A stretch of 64,000 nt of DNA. Source: Coleofasciculus sp. B1-GNL1-01 (GTDB taxonomy: Bacteria > Cyanobacteriota > Cyanobacteriia > Cyanobacteriales > Coleofasciculaceae). The DNA lies in NCBI GenBank assembly GCA_040220235.1, contig JAVJTO010000071.1; one strand, given 5' to 3'. The notes beneath the pieces are model-generated. The model ran no database searches and had not been told where the DNA came from. It saw only the letters and a program-made list of their open reading frames with translations. The position numbers were made by a program, and so were the translations under genes. Below, in pieces: positions 37,604 through 48,063 of this stretch (positions are counted from its first letter, which is position 1; each line of letters starts with the position of its first letter).

Positions 37604-38578
37604 ATGACAAACCAATCATTATCTGTTATCTATACCGATATCGAAGCCGCCGCCAAACGCCTGAGAACCCACGCTCATCTTACACCTGTTCTCACCTCTA
37701 CCACTGTCAACCAACGTACCCAAGCTCAGGTTTTCTTCAAATGCGAGAACTTCCAACGCACAGGTTCCTTTAAATTTCGTGGTGCATTTAACGCCCTATC
37801 TCAACTCTCAACTGCCCAGAAACAACAGGGTGTGATCACTTATTCTTCCGGCAACCACGCCCAAGCGATCGCCCTATCCGGTCAATTGCTCAACATTCCG
37901 ACAACCATTGTCATGCCAGAAAATGCCCCAGATGTCAAGCTAGCGGCAACTCGTGGTTATGGCGCTGAAGTGATTCTCTATGAACCAGCAGAAACTATCC
38001 GAGAGGAACTCGCCAAAAAACTAGCCGCCGAACGACATCTGACGATTATCCCACCCTACGACCACCCTGATATTATCGCCGGACAAGGTACCGTTGCCAA
38101 AGAACTGATTGAACAAATCGGTCAACTGGATATCTTACTCGTCTGTTGTGGTGGCGGTGGTTTACTCTCCGGCTGTGCGATTACCGCCAAAACCTTATTC
38201 CCTAATTGCCGAGTGATTGGCGTCGAACCCGAACGCGCTGACGATGCTACCCGTTCGTTTTACAGCAAAACCCTCCATAAATGCCATAACCCGGATACCA
38301 TTGCCGATGGCGCTCGTACCCCATCCTTGGGTCAGTTTACCTTTCCCTTAGTCCTCAATTACGTCGATGACATGATCACTGTCTCCGAAGATGCCATTCG
38401 TCGCACCCTCACCTTCTTATGGGAACGCCTAAAAATTGTCGTTGAACCCACAGGCACACTCGCCGCCGCTGCTTTACTCGAAGGACAAATCACCGCACCC
38501 GGAAAGCGAATCGGCGTGATTATTAGCGGTGGCAATGTAGACCTGACAAAATTACCTCAACTGTTGGGTACTAGGTAA
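37604..38578 (+). CDS. PLP-dependent Ser/Thr dehydratase family (threo-3-hydroxyaspartate ammonia-lyase-like)
   Basis: GSFKFRGA, SSGNHAQ, CGGGGL, ISGGNVD; no regulatory ACT domain. Confidence 0.88.
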   Translation: MTNQSLSVIYTDIEAAAKRLRTHAHLTPVLTSTTVNQRTQAQVFFKCENFQRTGSFKFRGAFNALSQLSTAQKQQGVITYSSGNHAQAIALSGQLLNIPTTIVMPENAPDVKLAATRGYGAEVILYEPAETIREELAKKLAAERHLTIIPPYDHPDIIAGQGTVAKELIEQIGQLDILLVCCGGGGLLSGCAITAKTLFPNCRVIGVEPERADDATRSFYSKTLHKCHNPDTIADGARTPSLGQFTFPLVLNYVDDMITVSEDAIRRTLTFLWERLKIVVEPTGTLAAAALLEGQITAPGKRIGVIISGGNVDLTKLPQLLGTR

Positions 38579-38645
38579 CACTTTTATACCAATAAGGTGG
38601 ACATGATAGAAGCAGGAATTAAGATCAAAAGCTAGGGGTTTGTCC

Positions 38646-39566
38646 TTAACGGTGGTGAAATTCGACAACATTTTCTCGAATCACGACATCATAATGACTA
38701 TAGAAGTTTTGACCCAATAATCCTACCTCTAAATCTGCACTCCCAATCGCTACTTTAATATTCTGTTGAACCGCTTCTCCCACCGCGATAGAGTCCACTT
38801 GACCAATGGCAAATTTAACACCCTTAGCACTGGCTGTATCGGCAGTAATTTCACCCTCTGGAACCACACCCAGACGCTGCGCCATGACTTGAGTAATGAC
38901 TGTACCACTTGCCCCTGTATCAACGACCATATTAAAGGTCTGTTCGCCATTAAAGGTTACTTCAATCACGGGCGTTTGACCAATTCGCTGCTTGATTGGC
39001 GCTTTAACGATTTTGGCAGTTTCTCTATTTCCCGGTAACGGGTTCTCGGATGTCGCCGGATTTGCCTCATCTGTGTCTGAGGAATCCGGGGATTTCGTTA
39101 CAGTTTTGGTGGCGACACTTAGGGGTTCAGGATCAGGGAGACGAGGGCTAGTGGCTTGTTGTTGGGCAATGTTAAGATTGCGTTTATATTCACCGATTTT
39201 CGATTGCGCGATCGCATAGTTGGGACTAGACGATGACACTGATTCTAAAAGTGCGATCGCCTCTTGCCAACGACTGATCACTAACTGCCAATCATCCGCC
39301 GATTGAGCCGATTGACTAATCGTTGCCGCACTATAGGCAGCATCTAGCGCTTGTTTATAAAGTTCTGTGGTAGTTGGCTGTGTCTCGGTTTCCGCCGATT
39401 CCGGAGGTGTCGAGGGTTGAGGGGAAACCCTGGGCGTTGTCGAGGTAACAATGGGTTGAGAGGAATCCTCCAGACGCCCTGAGGACTCCCAACGGCTACA
39501 AGCCCCTGTGGTTAAGGCTAAGGTGCCAAAAATAAACAGAATGACGACGCGATCGCAAGATAACAT
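38646..39566 (-). CDS. Retropepsin-like aspartic protease, probable lipoprotein
   Basis: VVDTGAS, GLLGQNF; LTTGAC lipobox-like motif. Confidence 0.85.
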   Translation of the reverse strand: MLSCDRVVILFIFGTLALTTGACSRWESSGRLEDSSQPIVTSTTPRVSPQPSTPPESAETETQPTTTELYKQALDAAYSAATISQSAQSADDWQLVISRWQEAIALLESVSSSSPNYAIAQSKIGEYKRNLNIAQQQATSPRLPDPEPLSVATKTVTKSPDSSDTDEANPATSENPLPGNRETAKIVKAPIKQRIGQTPVIEVTFNGEQTFNMVVDTGASGTVITQVMAQRLGVVPEGEITADTASAKGVKFAIGQVDSIAVGEAVQQNIKVAIGSADLEVGLLGQNFYSHYDVVIRENVVEFHHR

Positions 39567-39683
39567 AGGCTCAAAAAGCTCTTGAGCGATTTATTTTTAT
39601 TATGACGAATGATTTAGCCTTTACCACTTATCTTATGGGGGCTAAAAAATCAAGATCAATTTTGCTGATCCGAAGGCAGACAA

Positions 39684-39889
39684 CAACTGATCTTGCTCAG
39701 GCGGTAGGCAATCCACGATTATAAAAGTCACACTCTAATAACCTCCATCCATTCATTACCGTTTGGTGTAGGTGGCATTACGGTGAAGGCGGTCAGCATT
39801 TCAACCATCTAGGTGAAATTGATGCCCCTGTAATGCTTATTTCCCTTCAAATTTCCTCATAGCTTCCTTCCCCCAGACTGATTCAGTCG
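39684..39889 (-). ncRNA. ssrS: Probable 6S RNA
   Basis: ~200-nt rod: 5' CGACTGAATC pairs with 3' GATCAGTTG, CTATGA with TCGTGG, inner GCATTAC/GTAATGC stem with apical hairpin, unpaired central bubble containing ACACCAAACGG; resembles cyanobacterial 6S from memory; ends approximate. Confidence 0.65.
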
Positions 39890-40025
39890 GGGGAATTTTC
39901 ACGATCGCTGCCACAAATCCTCGCCAGTTTTTCCATTGCCATGGGATAATAGCGCCTCAGTTGAGTGTTCGAGTTATTGTACTCTTAGAAATAAAAATCA
40001 ACCAACCATTAACAACACACTGCTT

Positions 40026-41174
40026 ATGCCTATTTCAGCAGCTACACCAGCGCTTCTGGTACTGGCGGATGGAACATCCTACCCGGGTTGGTCTTTTGGC
40101 GCTTCAGGTACGGCGATTGGAGAAGTTGTCTTTAACACCGCCATGACGGGGTATCAAGAAGTGGCAACCGATCCCAGCTACTGTGGTCAGATTGTCACGT
40201 TTACCTATCCCGAACTGGGAAACACAGGAGTTAATCCAGAGGATGAAGAATCAACCCATCCTCAGATCAGGGGTGCGATCGCCCGGAACATTTGTTGGCG
40301 TCCCAGTAATTGGCGCTCAACCCAATCTTTACCCGACTACCTCAAGGAACACAAGATTCCCGGAATTTACGGGATTGATACCAGGGCGCTGACTCGCAAA
40401 CTGCGCTCAACCGGGGCGATGAATGGTGGTATTTCCACAGAAATTCTTGATCCCGGCAAATTGCTACAAAAAGTGCAAGCCGCGCCGAATATGGCAGGGT
40501 TAAATCTGGTGCAGGAAGTGACCACCAAAGCGGTTTACGAGTGGTCTGAAACCACCGATAATCATTGGGAGTTTCGTCCCTCGGCAGAATCGACAGCGGG
40601 TGAACCCTTAACCGTGGTGGCGATCGATTTTGGCATCAAACGCAATATTCTGCGGCGTTTAGCCAGCTATGGTTGTCGCGTGATCGTGGTACCAGCGGAT
40701 ACGTCCCCGGAAGACATTCTCAAGTACAACCCCGATGGTATTTTCCTCTCCAACGGACCTGGTGATCCAGCAGCCGTTAGGGACGGGATTGAAACGACCA
40801 AAGCCTTGTTAGCACAGGAAAAACCCCTGTTTGGCATCTGCATGGGACACCAGATATTGGGTCTTTCTATGGGTGCTGAAACCTTTAAGCTAAAATTTGG
40901 ACATCGTGGGTTAAATCACCCGGCTGGGTTAAAGCAACGGGTAGAAATTACTAGCCAAAATCATGGATTTGCCATCAATTCTGAGTCCTTAGGGGCGGAT
41001 GTGGAAATTACGCACCTCAACCTGAATGACCGAACTGTGGCAGGATTGCGTCATAAGACGCTACCATTTTTCTCGGTGCAATACCATCCAGAAGCGAGTC
41101 CGGGTCCTCATGATGCCGACTACTTGTTTGATCGGTTTGTCGAATCCATGCGATCGCACAAAACCCCTACTTGA
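40026..41174 (+). CDS. carA: Carbamoyl-phosphate synthase small subunit
   Basis: [42 protein letters not shown]. Confidence 0.98.
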   Translation: MPISAATPALLVLADGTSYPGWSFGASGTAIGEVVFNTAMTGYQEVATDPSYCGQIVTFTYPELGNTGVNPEDEESTHPQIRGAIARNICWRPSNWRSTQSLPDYLKEHKIPGIYGIDTRALTRKLRSTGAMNGGISTEILDPGKLLQKVQAAPNMAGLNLVQEVTTKAVYEWSETTDNHWEFRPSAESTAGEPLTVVAIDFGIKRNILRRLASYGCRVIVVPADTSPEDILKYNPDGIFLSNGPGDPAAVRDGIETTKALLAQEKPLFGICMGHQILGLSMGAETFKLKFGHRGLNHPAGLKQRVEITSQNHGFAINSESLGADVEITHLNLNDRTVAGLRHKTLPFFSVQYHPEASPGPHDADYLFDRFVESMRSHKTPT

Positions 41175-41348
41175 AGCCCCTACTTGCAGAAGGTAGAAGG
41201 CAAGGGGTAGAAGGTGGGTTATTTCCATGCCCACCACGCTCTATGTGGATGATCCGTAAACTTCTCGCTATACTATCGAATAGCTTAATCGCTGGTAAAT
41301 CACCAACCCATGTTGAATCGTTTAGTTAAATACAGCTAGGAGGGTGTT

Positions 41349-41714
41349 ATTCCTGAGCAACTCAACCTAACAGTCAGCTTAAGAGGGACTCGTGAGGTCA
41401 AAAGCAATTATCAACTTTTCCGTCTAACTGGATTGTTAGATGCCTTCTCAGAACCAACGTTTGGGAAGGTGATTGGTAAATGTGTCGATGAGGGACCGAA
41501 AAATATTATTTTGGATCTCTCCAAGATCGATTTTGTAGATAGTTCGGGCTTAGGCGCTTTAGTGCGTATCGCTAAAAAGGCTCAAACCGCTGAGGGAAAA
41601 TTGCAAATTGTCACCAATGCCCGTGTGACTCAAACGGTGAAGCTAGTGCGTCTAGAAAAATTTCTCTCACTTCAACCATCGGTTGACGAAGCCTTGGAGA
41701 ACGTCAAAAAATAA
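41349..41714 (+). CDS. STAS anti-sigma-factor antagonist (probable ATT start)
   Basis: LDLSKIDFVDSSGLGALV; frame is open from ATT 41349 just behind a GGAGG RBS. Confidence 0.85.
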   Translation: MPEQLNLTVSLRGTREVKSNYQLFRLTGLLDAFSEPTFGKVIGKCVDEGPKNIILDLSKIDFVDSSGLGALVRIAKKAQTAEGKLQIVTNARVTQTVKLVRLEKFLSLQPSVDEALENVKK

Positions 41715-41841
41715 TTGACCAAGAAAACTGTGGCACTTATCCCCTGACAGTCTGGCAGGGGATTTCCCGTTATTTGGTCTATGCCTTTTACGATAAAATA
41801 GGGGCGGGCATTTAAACTGCCCTTCATTTCGTCCGAGTTTT

Positions 41842-42330
41842 ATGGAGCAGCAGGAAGAGACGGCAAACAGCGTAGATAATAACTCAACCCTTTCTGGGAC
41901 AGAAGCCCGATTTCGGCAATTGAATGCTGCTACCGATCCCCAATGCCAAATCCAACAGATCTCACCAGCGGCGTTGGCTTATCTGGGAGATGCTGTGTAT
42001 GAACTCTATATCCGCAGTCACTATTTACTCCCCCCTAAACGTTTATGTGATTATCATGATCAAGTCGTGGCTCAAGTCCGCGCCGAAAGTCAAGCGAATA
42101 GCCTGCGATCGCTCGAACCTTATCTAACTGAACCTGAATTGGCACTATTGCGACGTGGACGGAATGCGGCGACTGGAACGTCACGACGCCTTAATCGCAA
42201 AATCTATCAACAAGCCACCAGCTTAGAAACATTACTGGGATATCTTTATCTGACTGATCCCCAACGCCTGACTCAGTTATTGGCGTATTTGGAACTCGAT
42301 TCCCCTGATTCAACAACCCCACGCTACTAA
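41842..42330 (+). CDS. mrnC: Mini-ribonuclease III
   Basis: [35 protein letters not shown]; linked to rlmB. Confidence 0.92.
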   Translation: MEQQEETANSVDNNSTLSGTEARFRQLNAATDPQCQIQQISPAALAYLGDAVYELYIRSHYLLPPKRLCDYHDQVVAQVRAESQANSLRSLEPYLTEPELALLRRGRNAATGTSRRLNRKIYQQATSLETLLGYLYLTDPQRLTQLLAYLELDSPDSTTPRY

Positions 42331-42520
42331 CGTAGAGCGTGGAGATTGACGGGCAAACGTCATTAAACGTTGAATACTGCACAGAGTCTCGGTCTGGTAC
42401 AGACACCTGGATACTTCCCTAGTTCAGGGCATCTCTAAAACCTTTTGTTGGGTTGTTGTTAAGCCAAGACATCTTGACCGAGATGGCAGGAAGGGACTAC
42501 GCACTTTTACTCGGAGGTTT
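42290..42520 (+). ncRNA. omegaRNA (HEARO-like) of IsrB, with 5' guide from flanking DNA
   Basis: ~215-nt structured non-coding region directly upstream of a PLMP ORF; homologous to 35398..35630. Confidence 0.75.
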
Positions 42521-43746
42521 ATCACCATGTTACGAGTACCAGTTTTATCCAAATCAGGTAAACCGTTAATGCCTACAAAACCCAGCCGCGCTAGGCGTTG
42601 GCTGAGAGATGGTAAAGCCAAAATTGCACACAACGACTTAGAATGTTTTGCCATTCAGTTGACCTTTGAAACGGAAGAAAATACCCAACCTATAGCCGTT
42701 GGTATAGATCCAGGTAAACACTATTCAGGGATTGGGGTTCAATCAAACCTCTTTACTCTTTGGATGGGACACCTGGTTCTACCATTTAAGACGGTTAAAG
42801 AACGGATGGAGCTACGGCGAGTCATGCGTCGAGCCAGACGGAGAAGGCGGATTAACCGGAGGCTACCTTATGACCAACGTTGTCACCGTCAAGTTCGGTT
42901 TGACAATCGCAGACAAGGCAAACTACCGCCGTCAATTCGAGCCAACAGACAGCTAGAGCTACGGGTAGTTAACGAGTTGTTTCAACTGTTCCCGATTAGC
43001 GCCATTTACTATGAGTTAGTCATGGCGGATGTCGATAGAACCAGTGGGCGCAAGTCGGCAAAGTCTGGTGTTGGGTTTTCTCCAGTCATGGTGGGTCAAA
43101 AACAAATGCTTAACTGGCTGCGTGAATTAGCCCCAGTAACAACTCACCAAGGGTGGCAACGGGATGGCAATGGAACCAGTCAGCTTAGGCAGTGGTTAGG
43201 GTTAGCCAAGGACAAGAAAAACAAGGCTAAGGTTACACCAGCCACACACGCCGTTGATGGTGTAACCTTAGCCGCGTTTGAGTTTACCCGATGGCAGGAA
43301 TGGCACTCTGATAATGCCAAGCATGGTGACTGGCAAGGCAGTGTCGAAGTTACCCCAGCACCATTTGCCATAATCCGTAGACCACCAATCAACCGTAGAC
43401 AATTACATTTGTGTGTTCCATCCAAAGGGGGTAAACGGCGCAAGTATGGCGGCACAGTTACCCGCCATGGGTTTAGGAAAGGCGACAAAGTTATAGCCGA
43501 AAAAGCTGGAAAAACTTACGTCGGCTGGTGTTCTGGAGACACCGAGAAACAAGTTTCAGTTAGCGATATTAACTGGAAACGACTTGGGCAATTTAGTGCC
43601 AAAAAAGTCCAGTTGTTGCAGCGAAGCACGGGATTAATCGTCGTGCCTTCACCTGGACTGTCAAATCTCCCCTTATTGAAAGGGTCGATTTGACCGCTAT
43701 TCCTCTCCACCCTGCTTCGCTGAGGGTGGAGTCTCACGCGAATACG
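42309..43746 (+). mobile_element. IS200/IS605-family IsrB element (omegaRNA + isrB)
   Basis: Begins TTCAACAACCCC with hairpin; ends after CTCCACCCT...AGGGTGGAG hairpin; followed by ATGA; boundaries +/- a few nt. Confidence 0.8.
42527..43693 (+). CDS. isrB: IsrB RNA-guided nickase (PLMP/RRXRR, split RuvC, no HNH)
   Basis: GKPLMPT, GIDPG (RuvC-I), Arg-rich bridge helix, YYELV (RuvC-II), THAVDG (RuvC-III); no CxxC/HNH. Confidence 0.85.
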   Translation: MLRVPVLSKSGKPLMPTKPSRARRWLRDGKAKIAHNDLECFAIQLTFETEENTQPIAVGIDPGKHYSGIGVQSNLFTLWMGHLVLPFKTVKERMELRRVMRRARRRRRINRRLPYDQRCHRQVRFDNRRQGKLPPSIRANRQLELRVVNELFQLFPISAIYYELVMADVDRTSGRKSAKSGVGFSPVMVGQKQMLNWLRELAPVTTHQGWQRDGNGTSQLRQWLGLAKDKKNKAKVTPATHAVDGVTLAAFEFTRWQEWHSDNAKHGDWQGSVEVTPAPFAIIRRPPINRRQLHLCVPSKGGKRRKYGGTVTRHGFRKGDKVIAEKAGKTYVGWCSGDTEKQVSVSDINWKRLGQFSAKKVQLLQRSTGLIVVPSPGLSNLPLLKGSI

Positions 43747-43765
43747 ATGAACAGGGAACAGTTAA

Positions 43766-43849
43766 CAGGGAACACCTCGACTTACCTCGATGGTCAGTGA
43801 GCTTGATCGAACTGCGCTCGGTAACACGCTCGGTGTGTCACAGGGAACA
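43766..43849 (+). repeat. ~84-bp dispersed repeat (inverted copy at 48064..48146)
   Basis: Near-identical reverse complement; flanked by CAGGGAA heptamers. Confidence 0.9.
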
Positions 43850-43969
43850 GGAAGAAACTCTAAAAAGGCTGACTGGAGCTTGCATCTTTTCGGGAAGCGA
43901 GTATGACAAATGACATAAGACAAATGACGATCCCCACCGCAAACTTTAAATTTTCCTAAATATTATATT

Positions 43970-44962
43970 ATGGCTAATCAAGATCGCCGCTCTCACACCT
44001 CTAGCAAGCCAAAGCGAGGGAAGTTTCAACGTGACCAACGCCGTCCCTCCTCTAAAGGTAAAGGTAAATTCTCCAGGGATCAACGCTCCCCGGATAAACC
44101 TGTTCTAAAACGTCGTTCCGATCCCCAACCGTCGCCGCCAGAACCAACGGAATCTGAGTCCACTTTGTCAGAAGATGTTGACTTACTCTATGGACGTCAC
44201 CCTGTCCTAGCCGCACTGGAAAATCAACGTCAGCTTAATCGGGTGTGGATTCTACCGCAGTTACGCTACGATCACCGCTTTCACTCGTTACTACTGCAAG
44301 CTAAAGCCAATGGTACAGTGATTGATGAAGTCGATTCGCGACGCCTCAACCAAGTTACTCAAGGAGCTAATCATCAAGGTGTGGCGGCTCAAGTAGCACC
44401 TTACTCTTACCAAGAATTAGGGGATTTAATTGAAGCTGCCAAATCCACTAGCCAATACCCTGTGATCGTCGTTTGTGATGGGATTACTGATCCCCACAAT
44501 TTAGGTGCTATTATTCGTACTGCGGAAGCCTTGGGCGCTCAAGGTTTAGTGATTCCCCAACGACGAGCCGTAGGCGTTACTTCCACCGTCATGAAAGTAG
44601 CAGCCGGCGCATTAGAAACCCTGCCCATTGCCAGAGTGGTCAATCTAAGTCGTGCCTTAGAGGAACTGAAAACCGCTGGGTTTTGGATTTATGGGACTTG
44701 TGCTGACGCTGGTAAACTACTACACACCGTTGACTTAAGCGGTTCGATAGTATTAGTTATTGGTTCAGAAGGTAGTGGTCTAAGCCTCTTGACTCAACGC
44801 TGCTGTGATGTGTTGGTTTCGATTCCCTTGTATGGCAAGACTCCTAGCCTCAACGCTTCTGTTGCCGCCGCCATGACGTTGTATGAAACTTATCGTCAGC
44901 GTTGGGTCAATCCCCTGTATCTTGATGATCTCAGCAAAAATTCTTGGAAAAAGGAAACGTAA
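43970..44962 (+). CDS. rlmB: 23S rRNA (Gm2251) methyltransferase
   Basis: [41 protein letters not shown] motifs. Confidence 0.95.
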   Translation: MANQDRRSHTSSKPKRGKFQRDQRRPSSKGKGKFSRDQRSPDKPVLKRRSDPQPSPPEPTESESTLSEDVDLLYGRHPVLAALENQRQLNRVWILPQLRYDHRFHSLLLQAKANGTVIDEVDSRRLNQVTQGANHQGVAAQVAPYSYQELGDLIEAAKSTSQYPVIVVCDGITDPHNLGAIIRTAEALGAQGLVIPQRRAVGVTSTVMKVAAGALETLPIARVVNLSRALEELKTAGFWIYGTCADAGKLLHTVDLSGSIVLVIGSEGSGLSLLTQRCCDVLVSIPLYGKTPSLNASVAAAMTLYETYRQRWVNPLYLDDLSKNSWKKET

Positions 44963-45029
44963 AGTAGTATAACAAAATGTAAACAACTGGAAATTAACAA
45001 GACCACATAGCATCTCATCGACGTAGGTA

Positions 45030-45323
45030 ATGAACATGAAAGAAGTTTTGATCAACAGTCTCCAATTTTTAGGCTTGGCATTTTGGGTAGAAATCGTCAC
45101 AGATGATCCCCAATGCACTTACTATTTCGGTCCATTCTCCAGCAAACAGGAAGCCGAATCCGCTCAAGGGGGATATATTGAAGATCTAGAAAATGAAGGC
45201 GCTCAAGGGATTTCTGTAACTATCATGCGCTGCAAACCGACTAACCTGACAATTTTTGATGAAGAATCAGAAGAATTCAAGGTTAGCGCGAAAATACCCG
45301 TGTTCAGTGGCAACCTTTCCTAG
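45030..45323 (+). CDS. DUF1816 family protein
   Basis: WVEIVT..P.CTYYFGPF...GYIEDL..EGAQGI. Confidence 0.88.
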   Translation: MNMKEVLINSLQFLGLAFWVEIVTDDPQCTYYFGPFSSKQEAESAQGGYIEDLENEGAQGISVTIMRCKPTNLTIFDEESEEFKVSAKIPVFSGNLS

Positions 45324-45383
45324 TGCAGCGGGCGTAAAAATACTTGAGCAGCTTCGTAGATACGATGAAGCAGGGGGAGCAAT

Positions 45384-45413
45384 GTAGAGACGTGCCATGG
45401 CACGTCTGGGAGC
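45384..45413. repeat. REP-like palindrome GTAGAGACG..CATG..CGTCT
   Basis: Related copies at ~7966, ~46622, ~53833, ~62360. Confidence 0.85.
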
Positions 45414-45439
45414 TGGGGGAGAAAAAATTAACGTTCTTT

Positions 45440-46369
45440 TCACCCCTTGAGATCAACAACTTGAGGGTGGCGTTGAATCCAATCATCAATATCACGGAGT
45501 ACCTGATTGGGAATTTCCCACGGAAACAGGTGAGCCGTATGAGGATAACAACGCCACTCAGATTCTTGTAGGTGTTGAGCCGTTTCTTGACTCGATTGAG
45601 CGGTAATGTGGCGATCCGCTTCTCCCGCTAATACCAGACAGGGACATTGAATTTGTTCTAGGTCAGCCAGTCTATTGTATCTCGCTTTCAATGCTTGGTT
45701 AAGGGCATCAGTCGCCGCCTTAGAGGTTTGCAGATAGGCGACTAAGGCTTTCTCTGCCAAATACTGATAAGCTGTGGCACTATGGTTTTGGATGAGATAG
45801 CGGTAGAGCGATCGCTTGCCAAAGGTTTCAATGTTCCACCGCCATCCTGGAGAGACACGATTCAAGATAGAGGCGATCCCAGTATAGAGATTATCCTGCC
45901 ATGCGATCGCAGGATGATTTCCTCTAGGTCGTGCGGCTGTGGCGATTAAAATTAAACCCCTCACTCTCTCAGGTAGCCTTAGTGCTAATTCCATGGCGAG
46001 AATCCCACCTAAAGACCAGCCGAGAACTAAACAACGATTGATCTGGAAACGGTTAAGTAAATTCTCCAAATCTATTAGGTGGTCGCTCATCTGAAACGCT
46101 TCTAAGGTACGACTGCGACCATATCCTCGCAAGTCAGGAGACAAGGTTTGGAATCGTTGAGATAGGTGGTCAGTAAAAACCGACATACAACGCCCCGATC
46201 CCGGATGACCGTGCAGGCAGAGAATTGGAAAGCCTTGACCTTGGCAATAAACATGAAGTTGAACCGATTCCGAGATTTTACCTATCGACAACGTGTTAAA
46301 CTCCTGCCTAAAAGTTATTGACAAATCCGTGAAATTGCTGTTTACGATCAGCATTGTAGCGGATGACAA
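45440..46369 (-). CDS. Alpha/beta hydrolase (true start probably downstream)
   Basis: LHGHPG, DLRGYG, GWSLGG, GEAD, AHLFP. Confidence 0.92.
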   Translation of the reverse strand: MSSATMLIVNSNFTDLSITFRQEFNTLSIGKISESVQLHVYCQGQGFPILCLHGHPGSGRCMSVFTDHLSQRFQTLSPDLRGYGRSRTLEAFQMSDHLIDLENLLNRFQINRCLVLGWSLGGILAMELALRLPERVRGLILIATAARPRGNHPAIAWQDNLYTGIASILNRVSPGWRWNIETFGKRSLYRYLIQNHSATAYQYLAEKALVAYLQTSKAATDALNQALKARYNRLADLEQIQCPCLVLAGEADRHITAQSSQETAQHLQESEWRCYPHTAHLFPWEIPNQVLRDIDDWIQRHPQVVDLKG

Positions 46370-46403
46370 TTGACATAACGGTTGATTAAGTTCGATTCAA
46401 GTT

Positions 46404-46598
46404 ATGTCTTCACAATTGCATCAATTCCAATCCTCCAAATTGACCCAAAATCAAAAAGCCTTGCTTAAATTACAATACCAGACTGTACACTTAGCTACAG
46501 ATGATAAGTTCGAGGCATGGCTAATGACTTTAGAAGAACAGTGGACACCGGAAATCGCCGCTTGTCTTCAGGGTAAATTCCCAGATTGGCGCAGCTAG
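46404..46598 (+). CDS. Small hypothetical protein
   Basis: ATG ORF filling the intergenic gap; no motif recognised. Confidence 0.4.
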   Translation: MSSQLHQFQSSKLTQNQKALLKLQYQTVHLATDDKFEAWLMTLEEQWTPEIAACLQGKFPDWRS

Positions 46599-46722
46599 TG
46601 CAGTGCGGCAGAGCTGGGGAAGTAGAGACGTAGCATGCTACGTCTGGGAGCAGAGGAGATCAGCAAAACTATGTCCTCGAAGGTCGTGAAGGGTCAACAC
46701 TCAACACTTCTCCCGTTAAGTA

Positions 46723-47799
46723 TCAAGTTTTGCGGAAGGAACGAATCGCCAGAATAAGCAGTGTTATGAGAGTCAACGGCATCACAAATAGGAGCATGAT
46801 CGCGCTAAATTCTTCTAACGCATCATGTTCAGTGGCGTTGAGAAACAAATACATCGTATAAGCAACATAGTATGCCAGAAACAGAATTCCTTCCCAGCGA
46901 GCAATACGATAGCCCGTAAAGAAAATTGGCAGGCAAGCGACAGCGACAGCAATCATGACCGGAATGTCAAAATTTGTAGCAGGCATGGATACAGCGATGC
47001 CATCAGGGGCAACAACACTACACACTCCCAACACCAATAGGAGATTAAAAATATTACTGCCAACGGCATTCCCAACGGCAATATCCCGTTCACCTCGAAT
47101 ACCCGCTGCAATGGACGTGGCAATTTCGGGTAGCGAAGTTCCGGCTGCAACAATGGTTAAGCCGATAATTAATTCACTGACCCCAAGGGCTTGGGCGATA
47201 TCGACAGAACCTTGAATCAGGTTGTTTGATCCCAGTACCAACAAGCCTATACCACCAATAATTAGTCCGAGGTTGAGTAAGATTGGATAGATTCCTCGGC
47301 GAGAGCGGTGATTACTGCTTTCTGAAGAACTTTCCTGGGCTTGGCTTTCTCGACGTCCTTGGTAAAGGGTAAATAGAGTGTAAGCGATCGCTCCCATAAC
47401 CAAGAAAATCCCATCTCCCCGACTCAGTTTACCATCCCACCCCATTAACCACACCAGGAAGGATACTCCAGTCATGACAGGCGCATCAAGTCGCACCAAC
47501 TGTCGCGAGACAATCAGCGGGGCAACGGCGGCGGAACTGCCTAGAATCAGCAAAATATTGGCAATGTTGCTGCCAACAACGTTACCAATGGCAATATCTG
47601 CTTGTCCGGCGTAGCTAGACTGTACAGATACGGCTAATTCCGGAGCGCTGGTGCCATAGGCAACAACCGTTAATCCCACAACTAGGGGTGAAAGTCCAGC
47701 CGCTACAGCTAATTGGGATGCTCCCCGTACCAGAATTTCGGCTCCGGCGATCAACAAAACAAAGCCGCTAATCAATAATACTATAGTGATGGCATCCAT
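46723..47799 (-). CDS. Calcium/sodium antiporter (YrbG family)
   Basis: Duplicated GTSxPE and GNxVGSNI alpha repeats. Confidence 0.95.
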   Translation of the reverse strand: MDAITIVLLISGFVLLIAGAEILVRGASQLAVAAGLSPLVVGLTVVAYGTSAPELAVSVQSSYAGQADIAIGNVVGSNIANILLILGSSAAVAPLIVSRQLVRLDAPVMTGVSFLVWLMGWDGKLSRGDGIFLVMGAIAYTLFTLYQGRRESQAQESSSESSNHRSRRGIYPILLNLGLIIGGIGLLVLGSNNLIQGSVDIAQALGVSELIIGLTIVAAGTSLPEIATSIAAGIRGERDIAVGNAVGSNIFNLLLVLGVCSVVAPDGIAVSMPATNFDIPVMIAVAVACLPIFFTGYRIARWEGILFLAYYVAYTMYLFLNATEHDALEEFSAIMLLFVMPLTLITLLILAIRSFRKT

Positions 47800-48063
47800 C
47801 AGAGTTTATCCGGTGTGGGAACAGATCACAGGGTATGGGTTGATGACATTAATGTCAAAGTTAGGCTCTGGTAGCGATGCCTCTACCAACCAGGATAACC
47901 TACCATCAAACTCTATTTTGGAAAACCTATTCAAGACTTCAATTAGGATAAGCTAAACTTTTGTGATCAAGGAATTGGTTGGAAATTTCCTTTAATTAAG
48001 ATTTCGGTTTATTGGTGCAAGTTTTTACTCAAAATCTTGATTGTAACAGTAAACGCATTTTTT

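Noticed and set aside
39936..40025. N-terminal extension of CarA from TTG
   Set aside because: CarA similarity starts at ATG 40026
42527..43693. IscB or Cas9
   Set aside because: No HNH/CxxC domain and only 388 aa; fits IsrB
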